DNA from: an uncultured bacterium
GTDB taxonomy: Bacteria; Krumholzibacteriota; Krumholzibacteriia; LZORAL124-64-63
Length of the DNA: 64,000 nt
Direction: 5' to 3'
NCBI GenBank assembly: GCA_963727525.1
Contig: CAVSGO010000007.1
Coordinates: 96,001 to 160,000, forward strand
Numbering within the stretch: position 1 is the stretch's first letter; each line of letters begins with the position of its first letter. Below, piece by piece: positions 1 through 9,333 of the stretch. The position numbers and the translations under genes are program-made. The notes below the pieces were generated by a model. That model had not been told where the DNA came from. It did no database searches and worked only from the letters and a program-made list of their open reading frames with translations.

Positions 1-159
1 AGGTGATTGATATGGCGGACGCGTCCGAGCCACGCCCCAAGGCGTCACGCAGCAGGGATCTGTTGCTGGCCCTCTCACTGCCGCAGGGGAACTGCAGTTT
101 GCGCAAGCGAGCGGCCCGGAGATCTGGGACGACGTGGATCAGGCGGTGAGCCCGCCGGA

Positions 160-223
160 CGAGAGCTGAGAACTCGGGACCTGAGACCGCACAGCAGCGG
201 GACCAGGCAATCGGCCGGTGGGA
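160..223. repeat. Dispersed 64-bp direct repeat, copy 1
   Basis: cgagagctgagaactcgggacctgagaccgcacagcagcgggaccaggcaatcggccggtggga aligns without gaps to 6113..6176 with 56/64 identities (hand alignment). Confidence 0.9.
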
Positions 224-663
224 GCAGTATGGGCGTCGAGCGCAAAATCACACGAACCGGCTCACGGAACGATGTAATGAGCCGGTCGCGAGGGGCAGGT
301 CGTGACGTTCAGGGGCGATTCTCGCGCGAGCACCCCGTGAAAGTGCGGGAGAATCGAGATTTTGCGGCGGAATGTTGCCGGAAACCGCGGTTCGAAAAGG
401 CCGTCAATGTTACCTATGCGCTCGCCCTCGAGGACGGCTGGACCACGTTGATCGGTCTGGCCATGGTAATCGTGACTACCGGGGCACGTGCGCGGACGTG
501 GTCTGGTCGCCGTCAGGCTTCGCCGTCGGCATACCGACACGCCGACGAACAAGAAGTGACCGTCCCGGTCGATCAATCCGCGGGTATTGGCGAGGGTGCG
601 ACCGCGCGTGGAATTCGGAGATGTCCCGATGTACCTGGCTGAAAAATCCTAGATAAATAGTAG

Positions 664-690
664 TCAAGGAGCCTCACGGTGCGCCGATCA
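664..690 (+). promoter_or_regulatory. Sigma-28 (FliA)-type promoter of the chemoreceptor gene
   Basis: TCAA-N15-GCCGATCA versus consensus TAAA-N15-GCCGATAA, in an AT-rich patch about 110 bp upstream of an MCP gene. Confidence 0.7.
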
Positions 691-798
691 ACTAAAATGA
701 GTATTTCCGGATAAGGTAGGAGGGCTATCCAATTTGCTCACACGCGCCGTCCGATCTCGCCGGCGCGGATGCAGTGATCCTGCCACAGGAGTTGGCCC

Positions 799-2562
799 AT
801 GGAATCCCGCCTGACCATCGGTAACAGACTCGCCTTCGGTCTGTGCTTCCTCATCGTGCTCATCGTTGTTGCCGGCGCGTTCGGTATCGCGAGCTTGCAC
901 CAGCTCGGAGCGGCGGCCGATGTCGCGTTGGACCGCAATCAGATGGTCGCCCGCTTCGCCCGCATGGAAATCGATCACCTCGACTGGGTCAACAAGGTCG
1001 GCGCCGCGGTAACCGATTCCGCAGTGGCCGAGGTCGGCGTGCAGACCGACGACCACAAGTGCGCTTTTGGCCAATGGCTCTATGGACAGGACCGGATCGT
1101 CGCCGAAGCGGCTGTACCAGCCCTCGTCCGGCCGCTGAAGGAGATCGAGGGGTACCATGCGCATCTGCACGCATCCGCGCTTGCCATACAGAGAGCATTG
1201 CGCGACGAGAACGGCGGTCGACAGGCCGCTATCGCGGTATTCAACGCCGAGACCAAGGTGAATCTCGCTCATATCCAGCGGATCCTTGGCCAATCACGTG
1301 ATGAGCTTTCGCAACTTGGCGAGCGAGCCGGCGCGGATCTCCAGACCATCAAGAGCCGCGCCCAGAAGCGTTTGGTTGCTGCCGTCTGTGCCGCCTTGCT
1401 GGGTTCGGGTGTTCTGGTGGTGGTGATCCGGCGCGGCACGATACGGGTTCTCCAGACAATGACCCAGAACCTCGGTCAAGGCGCGGATCAGGTCTCGAGT
1501 GCGAGCCAGCAGATCGCCATGGCCAGCCAGGATCTGGCCATGAATAGCAGTCAGCAAGCCGCGGGTGTGGAGTCCTCGGTGCAGGCTGTGAAGCAGATCG
1601 CCGAATCCATCGGGTCGAATGCGCAGTACGCGCGCGAGGCCATGGAGATCGCGTCGAAGACGAGCACGAGTATCGAGAACGGCGTGGATGCGATCAATCG
1701 CATGGATGGGGCCATCCAGGATATCAGGAGTTCGGCCGACCAGACGGCCAAGATCCTGCAGACCATCGACGAGATCGCGTTCCAGACCAATCTCTTGGCC
1801 CTCAATGCCGCCGTCGAAGCCGCGCGAGCGGGTGACGCCGGCAAGGGATTCGCCGTGGTCGCCGAGGAAGTGCGGAACCTGGCTCGACGTTCGGCCGAAG
1901 CATCGGGAACCACGTCCGAGATGATCGGTGATTCCGTGAAGCGAGCGGAACGGGGTGTCGCCATCTGCGACGAGGTCAAGTCGCGCCTCGACGAGATCAC
2001 CACGGCGTCGAACCAGCTCCACAGCCGCGTGACGTCCATCGCTGAGGCCAGCGACCAGCAGGCCAGCGAGATCGTGAGCATCAGCAGCGCCATTGTCACC
2101 ATCGACAATCACACTCAGGCCAACGCGGCGAGCGCCGAGGAAACGGCCTCGGCCAGCGAGGAACTCGCCGCGCAAGCCACGCACCTCACCCGGACCATCG
2201 TGGAGCTTCGCAAGCTGGCCGATCTCGGCGGGAGCGAATCGCTGAGCGTAGCGTACGACAGGGCACCTGCGCGACTCCCTGCCCGCAAGGTCACCAGGCG
2301 AGCATCGGCGGTGGCAGCGACCGGTCCCAACTGCTGGGACGTCAAGAACTGCGGGCGTATCCCGGGCGGCGACAAGGTTGCCGAGTTCGGCACTTGCCCC
2401 GCGTATCCCGACAAGGGCCGCGACTGCTGGGCCGTCGCCGGGACCTTCTGCGGCGGCAAGGTACAGGGTTCCCTGGCCCAGAAGCTGGGCAACTGCATGG
2501 ACTGCAACTTCTACAAGCAGGTCAACGAGCAAGGGACCGCCGCCACTCTGCTGACGCTCTAG
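799..2562 (+). CDS. Methyl-accepting chemotaxis protein with a CZB (zinc-binding) sensor and a C-terminal Cys-rich 'two-CW'-type domain
   Basis: Hairpin-tip motif [37 protein letters not shown]. Two hydrophobic helices flank a CZB pattern ([23 protein letters not shown]). C-terminal NCW..C..CPAY..CW..GTFCGG..C..C..FY. RBS AGGAG. Confidence 0.95.
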   Translation: MESRLTIGNRLAFGLCFLIVLIVVAGAFGIASLHQLGAAADVALDRNQMVARFARMEIDHLDWVNKVGAAVTDSAVAEVGVQTDDHKCAFGQWLYGQDRIVAEAAVPALVRPLKEIEGYHAHLHASALAIQRALRDENGGRQAAIAVFNAETKVNLAHIQRILGQSRDELSQLGERAGADLQTIKSRAQKRLVAAVCAALLGSGVLVVVIRRGTIRVLQTMTQNLGQGADQVSSASQQIAMASQDLAMNSSQQAAGVESSVQAVKQIAESIGSNAQYAREAMEIASKTSTSIENGVDAINRMDGAIQDIRSSADQTAKILQTIDEIAFQTNLLALNAAVEAARAGDAGKGFAVVAEEVRNLARRSAEASGTTSEMIGDSVKRAERGVAICDEVKSRLDEITTASNQLHSRVTSIAEASDQQASEIVSISSAIVTIDNHTQANAASAEETASASEELAAQATHLTRTIVELRKLADLGGSESLSVAYDRAPARLPARKVTRRASAVAATGPNCWDVKNCGRIPGGDKVAEFGTCPAYPDKGRDCWAVAGTFCGGKVQGSLAQKLGNCMDCNFYKQVNEQGTAATLLTL

Positions 2563-2801
2563 AGGCGCGAGGTTCACAGGCGATTCTCGCGCGCTCGCCC
2601 GGCGAACATGTGGAAAAATCGAGCCCGCGAGCCGGGGCGCTGAGGGAGACGGGGTTGGAAGACGTGGTCTGTTTTTCCTATACCCATACCCTGATGCAAA
2701 TGCGAATCATGTACGCCTGGCGGGCTGCGGCGCAGACGGCAGCGCGGTGGGCAGGAATTCGTCTCTGGATCAAGAACACCTGGGCGCAACCGCAGCGACG
2801 C

Positions 2802-3092
2802 TCAGATCTGATCCCATACGGCCGTGGCCCAGACGAGCACGCTGTCGCGCGCTGCCGGCTGCGCCCTCGTGGCAGCCAGGCGGGCGTTCGTGGGGGCCTG
2901 ACCGACGACCCAGGTCAGACCCACCGCCAGGGCGAGCAGAGCCGCGACGGCATAGATTGGGATCCCCCGCCGCCAGAATGGTGGCCGGCCGTGCTGCGCG
3001 CGGTGGGCCGTCAGCACCGCGTGGCGCACGCGCGGGGCGGGGTCGTGGTCGAAGGCCTTCAGCCTGGCTTCGAGATCGTCGTGTTCAGTCAT
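2802..3092 (-). CDS. Small single-TM protein, putative anti-sigma factor
   Basis: Overlaps the stop of the upstream ECF sigma gene. Soluble N-terminus followed by the TM helix IPIYAVAALLALAVGLTWVV. Confidence 0.7.
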   Translation of the reverse strand: MTEHDDLEARLKAFDHDPAPRVRHAVLTAHRAQHGRPPFWRRGIPIYAVAALLALAVGLTWVVGQAPTNARLAATRAQPAARDSVLVWATAVWDQI

Positions 3093-3633
3093 GGCTCGTG
3101 CACTTTCGGTGAGAGTATTCACGCAGCAAGCAGATCGCGTCGTGCATGCGCCGGCGGGCCGTGCCCTCGGGTATGGCGAGCAATTCGGCGATCTCGCCGT
3201 AGGGCAACTCGGCGCCGATGCGCAGGCCGACGACCTGCCGCAGCGGTTCGGGCAGCGTGGCCACGAGGCGCATCAAGGCCACGGAATTCACGGCATCGGC
3301 GACCGGTGGGGCGGCAATCTCCTCGAGAACGGCGGCATCCACCATGGTGACCCGACGAAGCTTGCGCACGTGGTTGCGTCCGACGTTGAGGGTGATCGTG
3401 TAGAGCCAATGCGTGAAGGGATGGCTCGGCTCCCAGGTCGCGAGATGTCGCACGACCCGCAGGAACACGTCCTGGACGAGGTCGTCGAGCATATCGCGGT
3501 CCGGTCCGGCGAACGAGGCGAGGGCCCGCGCCACGCCATGCACATGGCGGTCGTAGAGCGCGGCGAAGGCCGACGTGGAGCCGGTCTGGGCCTCGCGAAC
3601 GAGCTGTTCGTCGCTACCGCTCGGCGCGGTCAT
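3085..3633 (-). CDS. ECF RNA polymerase sigma factor (sigma-70 group 4)
   Basis: Region 2 DDLVQDVFLRV..FTHWLYTI and region 4 LPYGEIAELLAIPEGTARRRM. Confidence 0.93.
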   Translation of the reverse strand: MTAPSGSDEQLVREAQTGSTSAFAALYDRHVHGVARALASFAGPDRDMLDDLVQDVFLRVVRHLATWEPSHPFTHWLYTITLNVGRNHVRKLRRVTMVDAAVLEEIAAPPVADAVNSVALMRLVATLPEPLRQVVGLRIGAELPYGEIAELLAIPEGTARRRMHDAICLLREYSHRKCTSHD

Positions 3634-4413
3634 TCGCTGCGCATCTTGTCGATCTCCCAGACCCAGTGCGTCAGGTCGTGGAAGCCGGCGATCGCCATGG
3701 CGCGATCGAGGATCTGGGATCGCGTCGCCTTCTGCACGCCCATCTGCCGGGCGGTGCGGATCATCGCCACGACGTCGTTGCCGATCAACTGGGCTTCGCC
3801 CGGGGCCAGGGACCAGGGTACCGTCCAGTCGGTGGCTGAGTCCAGCCGGTAGGTGTCCAGGAAGAGGCGTGCCGCCGCTTCGGGCGCGAGCCCCTTGCCG
3901 CTGGCGCGGAAGTTCATGCCCTCGATCTGGTCGGGCCGCTTGTAGCCGAAGACATCCTCGGGAACCGACGCGGCGATGTGGACGGACGCCTTCTGTTCGG
4001 CGATCAGGGCCCGCAGGATCGCGAGGGACAGCACTGTCGGCTGGCCGTCCACCATCTTGAGCTCGTGGTGCTCGACATCGACCGCCGGACGCAGGTCCGG
4101 ATGCCGCGCGAATTCGGCCTGGACATACGCCGGCACATTGAGGAGCGACAGGTTGAGTACGACGGCGTCACGCCGCAGATCCATGCCAGCCTGAAGTGCG
4201 AGGGGTGCAAAGGTGTCGTTGTCGCCGCTGGTGATCAGGACCGCGCCCGGCGGCAAGCCTATCAGCATGTTGTAGCCATAATCCTGCAGAGGACGCGAGA
4301 TGACGCTGCGCTCGTGGACGGTCTTGTAGACCTGATCAGCGAGTTCGAGCTTGCCGGCGCGCAGATACGCGGAAGCCAGCATGGTCAGGCCATTGCCGTA
4401 GTCCGCACCGGTC
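3630..4413 (-). pseudogene. 5'-truncated (or N-terminally shortened) TPR/GDNDTF-motif protein resembling the DUF2723 C-terminal region
   Basis: Motif YGYNMLIGLPPGAVLITSGDNDTF. The frame begins mid TPR-like helix (TGADYGNGLTMLASAYLRAG), runs into the stop of the neighbouring reductase and has no RBS or signal peptide. Its stop overlaps the ECF start. Confidence 0.6.
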
Positions 4414-5175
4414 CTAGAAAGGATTGAGCGACCGGTTCAGGGCGATGACCTGAGCATGAACATCGGCATAGGCCGGATTGTCAGCGAAGAGCACAGGGTA
4501 TTTCTCGCGCCATTCCGTATCCCGTATCCGTTCAGCCCTGCCCTTGACGGCAGCCCGGAGCCCCTCGAGCGTTCTGGCCGCGCCATAGTCGCAGCAATAG
4601 GCAGGGGTCGAGGGCTGCTGCCGCCATGAGTCCGCCAGAGAACCACCATCGACCGGATCAAACCCCATCTCGTCCACCAATCCCATCACGACCTGCTTGC
4701 CTCGGGCATTGTCGCCGGCTACGGGAAGCGCCAGCCGTTCCGGAGAGCCTGCGGGCCGTCCCAATTCGGAAAGCGCGTAGTACATGATGCTGTTGAACGC
4801 CTTGAAGATGGAACGGCCTAGCTGCTTTGCGACCCAGAGGCTTTCGGCCAGGCCAGCGTCGATCTCTGGGATGCGGGGGTCGCGCACATCGGGATAGTAA
4901 TTCGCGGTATCAATGATGACGACATCTCCCGCTGCCCTGTCGAACAGGGCACGCGGCAATGTCGCCACGGCAGGGAAGGGCATGGCCAGAACCACGACCT
5001 CGGCACCGTCCACGGCCCCGTGGATATCGGCGGCCACGGCGCCAATCTGATCCGCAAAATCCCTCACCGCCTCCTCGCCGCGCGAGTTGGCGACACGCAA
5101 CCTGTGGCCAGTCCTGCGCAAACTCGCCGCAATGGTTCCGCCCATTTCGCCAATGCCGATCACACCGATTTCCAC
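4414..5175 (-). CDS. NADPH-dependent F420 reductase family (Rossmann-fold) oxidoreductase
   Basis: GIGEMG dinucleotide-binding motif, IDTANYYP, KAFN, GFDPVDGGSLADSWRQQPSTP. Confidence 0.9.
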   Translation of the reverse strand: MEIGVIGIGEMGGTIAASLRRTGHRLRVANSRGEEAVRDFADQIGAVAADIHGAVDGAEVVVLAMPFPAVATLPRALFDRAAGDVVIIDTANYYPDVRDPRIPEIDAGLAESLWVAKQLGRSIFKAFNSIMYYALSELGRPAGSPERLALPVAGDNARGKQVVMGLVDEMGFDPVDGGSLADSWRQQPSTPAYCCDYGAARTLEGLRAAVKGRAERIRDTEWREKYPVLFADNPAYADVHAQVIALNRSLNPF

Positions 5176-5214
5176 CGTATCACCTTTCGCTTGTGGTATC
5201 GCCGTGCCGCAGGA

Positions 5215-5685
5215 TCACGAGGTCTTGGGCTTGGCGAAGACGTCGATCCCTTCGCCGGTTTCCAGCAGGGATTTCAGGCTGGAGAGAACGACTGGCCAGC
5301 CGTTGCTGACGCCGGTGGCCATGCCGCTGCCCGCGATCAGGTCGTCGTGGGTGACGGTCAACCGGACCATATCTTCGTATTCAACGATCTCGAAGGTCAC
5401 GCGGCTGTAGCTGGCAGGGTCGTCAGCTTGCGAGGCATTTGCCCAGGAGATGACGAGGCGGGACGGTGGTGCAACCTCGATCACCTTGCCGACAAGTGCG
5501 ACGCTGCGCGTATCATTCGCGCGGATGTGTTCCCATTTCGATCCGGGCTGCCAATCGGATACATTCTCGTGGCCCCAGTAGCGCCTTGCGATATCGGGCT
5601 TTGTGATGGCCGCGAACACCTTTTCCGGGGTCGAGCGGATATAGGTCACATAGACAAAGCTTATCTTTTCCGTCGTCATCATCAT
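5215..5685 (-). CDS. SRPBCC/AHSA1-like ligand-binding protein
   Basis: YVTYIRSTPEKVF..YWGH..SRVTFEI..RLTVTH..GWPVVLSSLKSLLETG. Coupled to the ArsR gene. Confidence 0.92.
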   Translation of the reverse strand: MMMTTEKISFVYVTYIRSTPEKVFAAITKPDIARRYWGHENVSDWQPGSKWEHIRANDTRSVALVGKVIEVAPPSRLVISWANASQADDPASYSRVTFEIVEYEDMVRLTVTHDDLIAGSGMATGVSNGWPVVLSSLKSLLETGEGIDVFAKPKTS

Positions 5686-5996
5686 TCTCCCTCGAGTTCA
5701 TTTTTCAGATCGTTCAGCAGAACCAGACGCTGAACCTCGAATTTTTGGACCCAGCGTTCGTAAACCTCGTGCAAGGGTACGGGGTTGATGAAGTGCAGTT
5801 TTTCCCTTCCACGTCTGACCGTGCTCACCAGATTGGCATCCTCCAGTATCCCCAGGTGCTGCGTGACGGATTGGCGAGCCATGGCCAGGTTCGCGCAGAG
5901 TTGGCCAAGCGTCTGGCCGTTTCGTTCACACAGAAGATCCAGGAGTTTTCTGCGTGTCGGGTCGCCCAGTGCTTTGAAGACCTTGTCTGCATGCAT
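5682..5996 (-). CDS. ArsR/SmtB family transcriptional regulator
   Basis: VFKALGDPTRRKLLDLL..MARQSVTQHLGILEDANLV..GREKLH. RBS GAGGAGG. Confidence 0.95.
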   Translation of the reverse strand: MHADKVFKALGDPTRRKLLDLLCERNGQTLGQLCANLAMARQSVTQHLGILEDANLVSTVRRGREKLHFINPVPLHEVYERWVQKFEVQRLVLLNDLKNELEGE

Positions 5997-6019
5997 TGAT
6001 CCTCCTCATGGTTGATGAC

Positions 6020-6047
6020 AATATGCAGGCGTATGCCTGCATGTCAA
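6020..6047 (-). promoter_or_regulatory. Sigma-70 promoter with an embedded palindromic operator (ArsR autoregulation)
   Basis: Minus strand TTGACA-N16-CATATT. Inverted repeat ATGCAGGC-gtat-GCCTGCAT at 6023..6042 fills the spacer. Confidence 0.75.
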
Positions 6048-6112
6048 GTGGCCGCGAATACTTCAGGGAAACCGCCGCCATTCCGCAATCGGTTAACGAT
6101 GTGGCCCGGGGG

Positions 6113-6176
6113 CGAGAGCTGAGAACCCCGGACCTGAGACCGCACAGCAACAAGGCCAGGCAGTCGGCCGATGGGA
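6113..6176. repeat. Dispersed 64-bp direct repeat, copy 2
   Basis: 56/64 identical to 160..223, same orientation, intergenic. Confidence 0.9.
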
Positions 6177-6357
6177 AATCCCCATGAAGCCAGCGGTCTC
6201 GGTGTTTGACGAGAGATCCGCCGGGATCCCGAAGATGACCATGGCAACCGTCCATTCCCTCCGATCCTCGATTTCTTTATTGTGATGTCATCGCCTCGAC
6301 CGCGGACGGAGCGCGGGAAAGGCGCGATTACATTCCGAACGTCAAGGGGGACTGATC

Positions 6358-8640
6358 ATGAGCCACTCGATACGAAAAAGACCGGGACGCCAGCTGTACT
6401 GGCAGGTTCTGCTGGTCGGCGCCGCCATGCTGCTGCCGGCGCTCACCCGTGCCGACACCTGGGATGGCCGCTTCCACACTCGCGGCATCGACGGTATCGC
6501 TCAGGCCGATGCCACCTACGGCAGTGATCTCATCGTCGGCGGTAACATCACCGCGGCCGGCGAGGTGGTGGTCGCCAACGTGGCGCGTTGGGACGGTGCG
6601 CAGTGGCATGCGCCCGGCGACGGCCTGAACGGTACCGTCCGCCGGTTGCTGGTGATGGACGGCGATCTGTACGCTTGCGGGGACTTCACCCAGTCCGGAC
6701 CCGTCACCGTCAACCATGTGGCGCGCTGGGATGGCGTGCAGTGGCATGCCGTCGGCGCGGGGTTGCCCATCGCTCCACTCGCCATGGCCGTGTACGACGG
6801 CGCGCTCTGGTGTGCGGGCTGGCGGTACGATGGCGCCGCGTGGAGCGAGGTCGTCGCCACGAACGGCTATGTGCGCGACCTCATCGTCAGCGACGACCAG
6901 CTCGTCTTCGGTGGCAGCTTCACCACCGCCGGCGGTATGGCCGCCAGCTACGCCGCCGCCTGGGACGGCACGCAGGTGACGGCCATGGTCGGCCAGCCGC
7001 GCGCGATCCTCGATCTCGAGGTCGTGGCCGGTCAGCTCTACGCACTCGGCCTGGACGTGTACGGTGAGGGCGCCCCCGTGACAGCCTGGGACGGAGCCGC
7101 ATGGCCCGTGGTGGGTGACCTGCCCGACGATTACATGAGCCACTACTTGCGGCTCATGAACCAGGGTGGCCAGTTGCGGATGATGGCCAGCGTGTCGCCG
7201 GGCATCCCGCCCATCTGGTGGACCGACATCGCCACCTGGGACGGCCAGTCGTGGACCTGGCTCGACGAGACCTACTTCATGGCCGATTCTCGGCACTGCT
7301 TCGTCTACGACGGCGACCTGGTGCTGAGCGGCCCGTTCTCGTTGCTCGGATCCACCATTGCCCACGGCATCGGCCGCCTCACCGCCGCTGGCCCCGTCGC
7401 GCTCGGAACCGGCGGCGACGGATTCGGCGGTACGGCTTCGTGGCTATCGGACCTCTGTGCCACGCCCGACGGCGTGGTGGTTAGTGGCAGTTTCGACTCC
7501 GTCGGGCCGGTGGTCACCGGGGCCGCCGCGCTCTGGGACGGCGCGTTCTGGCAACCGCGCGCGGATCCCTACGCCACCATTGAGCGTCTGGTCTACCATG
7601 CCGGCGAATTGCATGCCTTCTTCTGGTCCGGTGACGTGGTCACGAACAACCACATGGTCTGGACCGGGACCGCCTGGGATTACCGCGAAACCTGGGTCTC
7701 CGGCGGCCTGCCCAACGACGCGCTGTCGTACGGCGGTCACTTGCTGACCGCGAAGTGGGATATCGCGGATTGGTCATCGTCGCCCGCGCCCGCGATCTTC
7801 GCCAGCGTCGACGGTGCCGTCTACAGCCTCCTGGACTGGAGCGGTGACCTCGTGGCAGGAGGTGACTTCGTGCAGGTCGAGGACGCGCCGTCCGCGAACC
7901 TGGCGATCCTGCACGACGGCGCGTGGAGCGAGCTGGCCGGCGGTGTCGTAGGCATCGTGAAGGACGCGATCGTGCACGATGGCCACCTCGTGATCGGCGG
8001 CATCCTCACCGCGGCCGGCGGCGTAACGGTGGCTGAGGTCGCCACGCTCGTGGACGGCGAATGGCAGCCGCTGGGCGACCAGCTCGACGGCGAGGTCGAC
8101 GTGCTCGCCAGCTACGGCGGCCTCGTCTACGCCGGCGGGGATTTCAGCGTGGCCGGCGACGCGGGACGCAATTTTGCGCGCTGGAACGGCCACGTCTGGC
8201 ACATCGTGGGCGGCGGTGCCAACCGGCCAGTCACGGATATGGTCGTGTTCGACGACAAGCTCCATCTCGCCGGCGAGTTCAGCGTCGTGGGCCATGTGCC
8301 GGCGGCGCGTTTCGCGATCTGGGACGGCAGCACCATCCTGCCGGTGCCGACGTTGCCCTCGGCCGACGTGAGGCTACGCGACGCCGCGCCCAACCCATTC
8401 AATCCGGTCACCACGATCGGCTTTGCGCTCGCCCGCTCCGGCCAGGTGCGCCTCGACGCGTACGACGTGTGTGGTCGCCACGTGCGCACCCTGGTCGATG
8501 GCCGCGTGGACGCGGGCGACCACGCCGCGACCTGGGATGGTCGCGCCGACGATGGGCGCGTCCTCCCGTCGGGCATGTACCTGCTGCGCCTGCAGGCAGG
8601 AAATGAAGTGCGCACAAGTAAGGTGGCTCTGTTGGAGTAG
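6358..8640 (+). CDS. Secreted beta-propeller-repeat protein with a C-terminal FlgD-Ig/T9SS-CTD-like domain
   Basis: Signal peptide, repeated LYxGGxF...ARWDGxxW units, C-terminal APNPFNPVTTIGF..WDGRADDG..SGMYLLRL. Confidence 0.88.
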   Translation: MSHSIRKRPGRQLYWQVLLVGAAMLLPALTRADTWDGRFHTRGIDGIAQADATYGSDLIVGGNITAAGEVVVANVARWDGAQWHAPGDGLNGTVRRLLVMDGDLYACGDFTQSGPVTVNHVARWDGVQWHAVGAGLPIAPLAMAVYDGALWCAGWRYDGAAWSEVVATNGYVRDLIVSDDQLVFGGSFTTAGGMAASYAAAWDGTQVTAMVGQPRAILDLEVVAGQLYALGLDVYGEGAPVTAWDGAAWPVVGDLPDDYMSHYLRLMNQGGQLRMMASVSPGIPPIWWTDIATWDGQSWTWLDETYFMADSRHCFVYDGDLVLSGPFSLLGSTIAHGIGRLTAAGPVALGTGGDGFGGTASWLSDLCATPDGVVVSGSFDSVGPVVTGAAALWDGAFWQPRADPYATIERLVYHAGELHAFFWSGDVVTNNHMVWTGTAWDYRETWVSGGLPNDALSYGGHLLTAKWDIADWSSSPAPAIFASVDGAVYSLLDWSGDLVAGGDFVQVEDAPSANLAILHDGAWSELAGGVVGIVKDAIVHDGHLVIGGILTAAGGVTVAEVATLVDGEWQPLGDQLDGEVDVLASYGGLVYAGGDFSVAGDAGRNFARWNGHVWHIVGGGANRPVTDMVVFDDKLHLAGEFSVVGHVPAARFAIWDGSTILPVPTLPSADVRLRDAAPNPFNPVTTIGFALARSGQVRLDAYDVCGRHVRTLVDGRVDAGDHAATWDGRADDGRVLPSGMYLLRLQAGNEVRTSKVALLE

Positions 8641-8661
8641 GGTCGCTGCATCGGTACGACG

Positions 8662-8706
8662 ACGGATCACGGTCGTCGAGGGATCTCGTGACCGTGATCC
8701 GTTTCT
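8662..8706. terminator. Strong hairpin between convergent genes (probable terminator)
   Basis: 13-bp perfect stem acggatcacggtc/gaccgtgatccgt followed by ttct. Confidence 0.6.
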
Positions 8707-8761
8707 GGGAATGGTTCTGGCCGTGGCGCCGGCATCACGGCGACGAGGGAATCGGATCGAG

Positions 8762-9319
8762 CTACTTCAGCAGCACGCCTTTCTTGCGCGCGTGATAGTC
8801 GCCCGCGTCGATGGTCATGATGTACGTACCACTGGCCACGGTCGCTCCGTCGTTGTCGGTGCCGTCCCAATTGCGGACGTGGTGACCCGCCGGCAGCGTG
8901 CCTGTCTCCAGCGTGCGCACGAGGCCGCCGCGCAGATCGTACACCGCGAGGCGCACCGTGCCCGCGCGCGGCAGGTCGAAGGCGATCTGCGTGCGCGGGT
9001 TGAAGGGATTCGGCGCCGCATCGTACATGCGGAAGGTAAGGGGCAGCACCGTCTCGTCGGGCAGCGGCTCGTCGCCCACGCCCGTGGCCAACAGGCCGCT
9101 GTACCAGAAGCCGCCCTGGATCGCGTAGATGCCGCCCATGGCGGTACCGGCGTCGGGCTGGCCCGCCGTGCCACCGAGGGAGTAGATGCCGCCGGCGCTC
9201 GGCGTCGCGCCACCGCCGTCGATGGTGCTCCAGGAGAGATCATAGATGCCGCCGGATTGGGCGGACGCAACCGATGCGCACAGCCCGAGAATCAGCAGCG
9301 TGATCAGGATTCTCGTCAT
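8762..9319 (-). CDS. Small secreted protein: 'YDLSWSTIDGGG' domain plus FlgD-Ig/CTD-like domain
   Basis: Start MTRILITLLILGLCASVASAQ (signal peptide) after RBS GAGGAGG. YDLSWSTIDGGG..YSLGGTAGQPDAG..GGFW, then APNPFNP..WDGTDNDG. Confidence 0.88.
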   Translation of the reverse strand: MTRILITLLILGLCASVASAQSGGIYDLSWSTIDGGGATPSAGGIYSLGGTAGQPDAGTAMGGIYAIQGGFWYSGLLATGVGDEPLPDETVLPLTFRMYDAAPNPFNPRTQIAFDLPRAGTVRLAVYDLRGGLVRTLETGTLPAGHHVRNWDGTDNDGATVASGTYIMTIDAGDYHARKKGVLLK

Positions 9320-9333
9320 GGTCCCGCCTCCTC

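Noticed and set aside
7-642. ORFs 7..642, 262..576 and 372..656
   Set aside because: No recognisable motifs, atypical composition, and the longest spans the dispersed repeat. Treated as non-coding or degenerate.
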